Shown here: piece after piece, positions 53,293 to 53,435 of the stretch
How the letters are laid out: every line of letters starts with the position of its first letter
How positions within the stretch are numbered: the stretch's first letter is position 1
NCBI GenBank assembly: GCA_010093605.1
Contig: MU004183.1
Coordinates: 2,666,001-2,719,435 of the forward strand
Origin: Lophium mytilinum
Taxonomy: Eukaryota
Direction: 5' to 3'
DNA length: 53,435 bases
Position numbers and translations under genes: made by a program
Notes under the pieces: model-generated
The model's input: the letters and a program-made list of their open reading frames with translations, nothing else
Database searches by the model: none
What the model was told of the DNA's origin: nothing

Positions 53293-53294
53293 GG

Positions 53295-53335
<41 letters not shown>

Positions 53336-53337
53336 GG

Positions 53338-53378
<41 letters not shown>

Positions 53379-53435
53379 GGTTAGGGTTAGGGTTAGGGTT
53401 AGGGTTAGGGTTAGGGTTAGGGTTAGGGTTAGGGT
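53236..53435 (+). repeat. Telomere, (TTAGGG)n with three TTTAGGG variants
   Basis: Uninterrupted G-rich repeats to the window end, oriented as a right chromosome end. Confidence 0.98.

Overview
Right end of a filamentous-ascomycete chromosome. Bases 1-~13,950 are GC-balanced and hold five intron-containing genes: an ALDH-like protein lacking the catalytic Cys, a small hypothetical protein, a CocE/NonD hydrolase, a dioxygenase-P450 (DOX-CYP) fusion and a DUF2235/Tle1-like hydrolase. From ~14,000 to ~53,230 the DNA is AT-rich and mutated by repeat-induced point mutation (RIP); (TTAGGG)n ends the window. The RIP block is layered: relics, a partial copy of an unrecognised element 'X' (19,841-21,608), a truncated Ty3/gypsy (21,609-26,563), then a long copy of X (26,564 to apparently the telomere, ~18 kb net) containing a complete Ty3/gypsy chromovirus (32,503-41,054, TSD ACTAT). 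X has one left end seen three times, tandem arrays near both ends, relic genes (SNF2 helicase, MYND finger, a large unknown ORF) and 13 copies of a 35-bp palindrome. No sequence interrupted by X resumes, so X may cap chromosome ends. All RIP-region protein readings are manual with RIP changes reverted by eye; no database searches were run.
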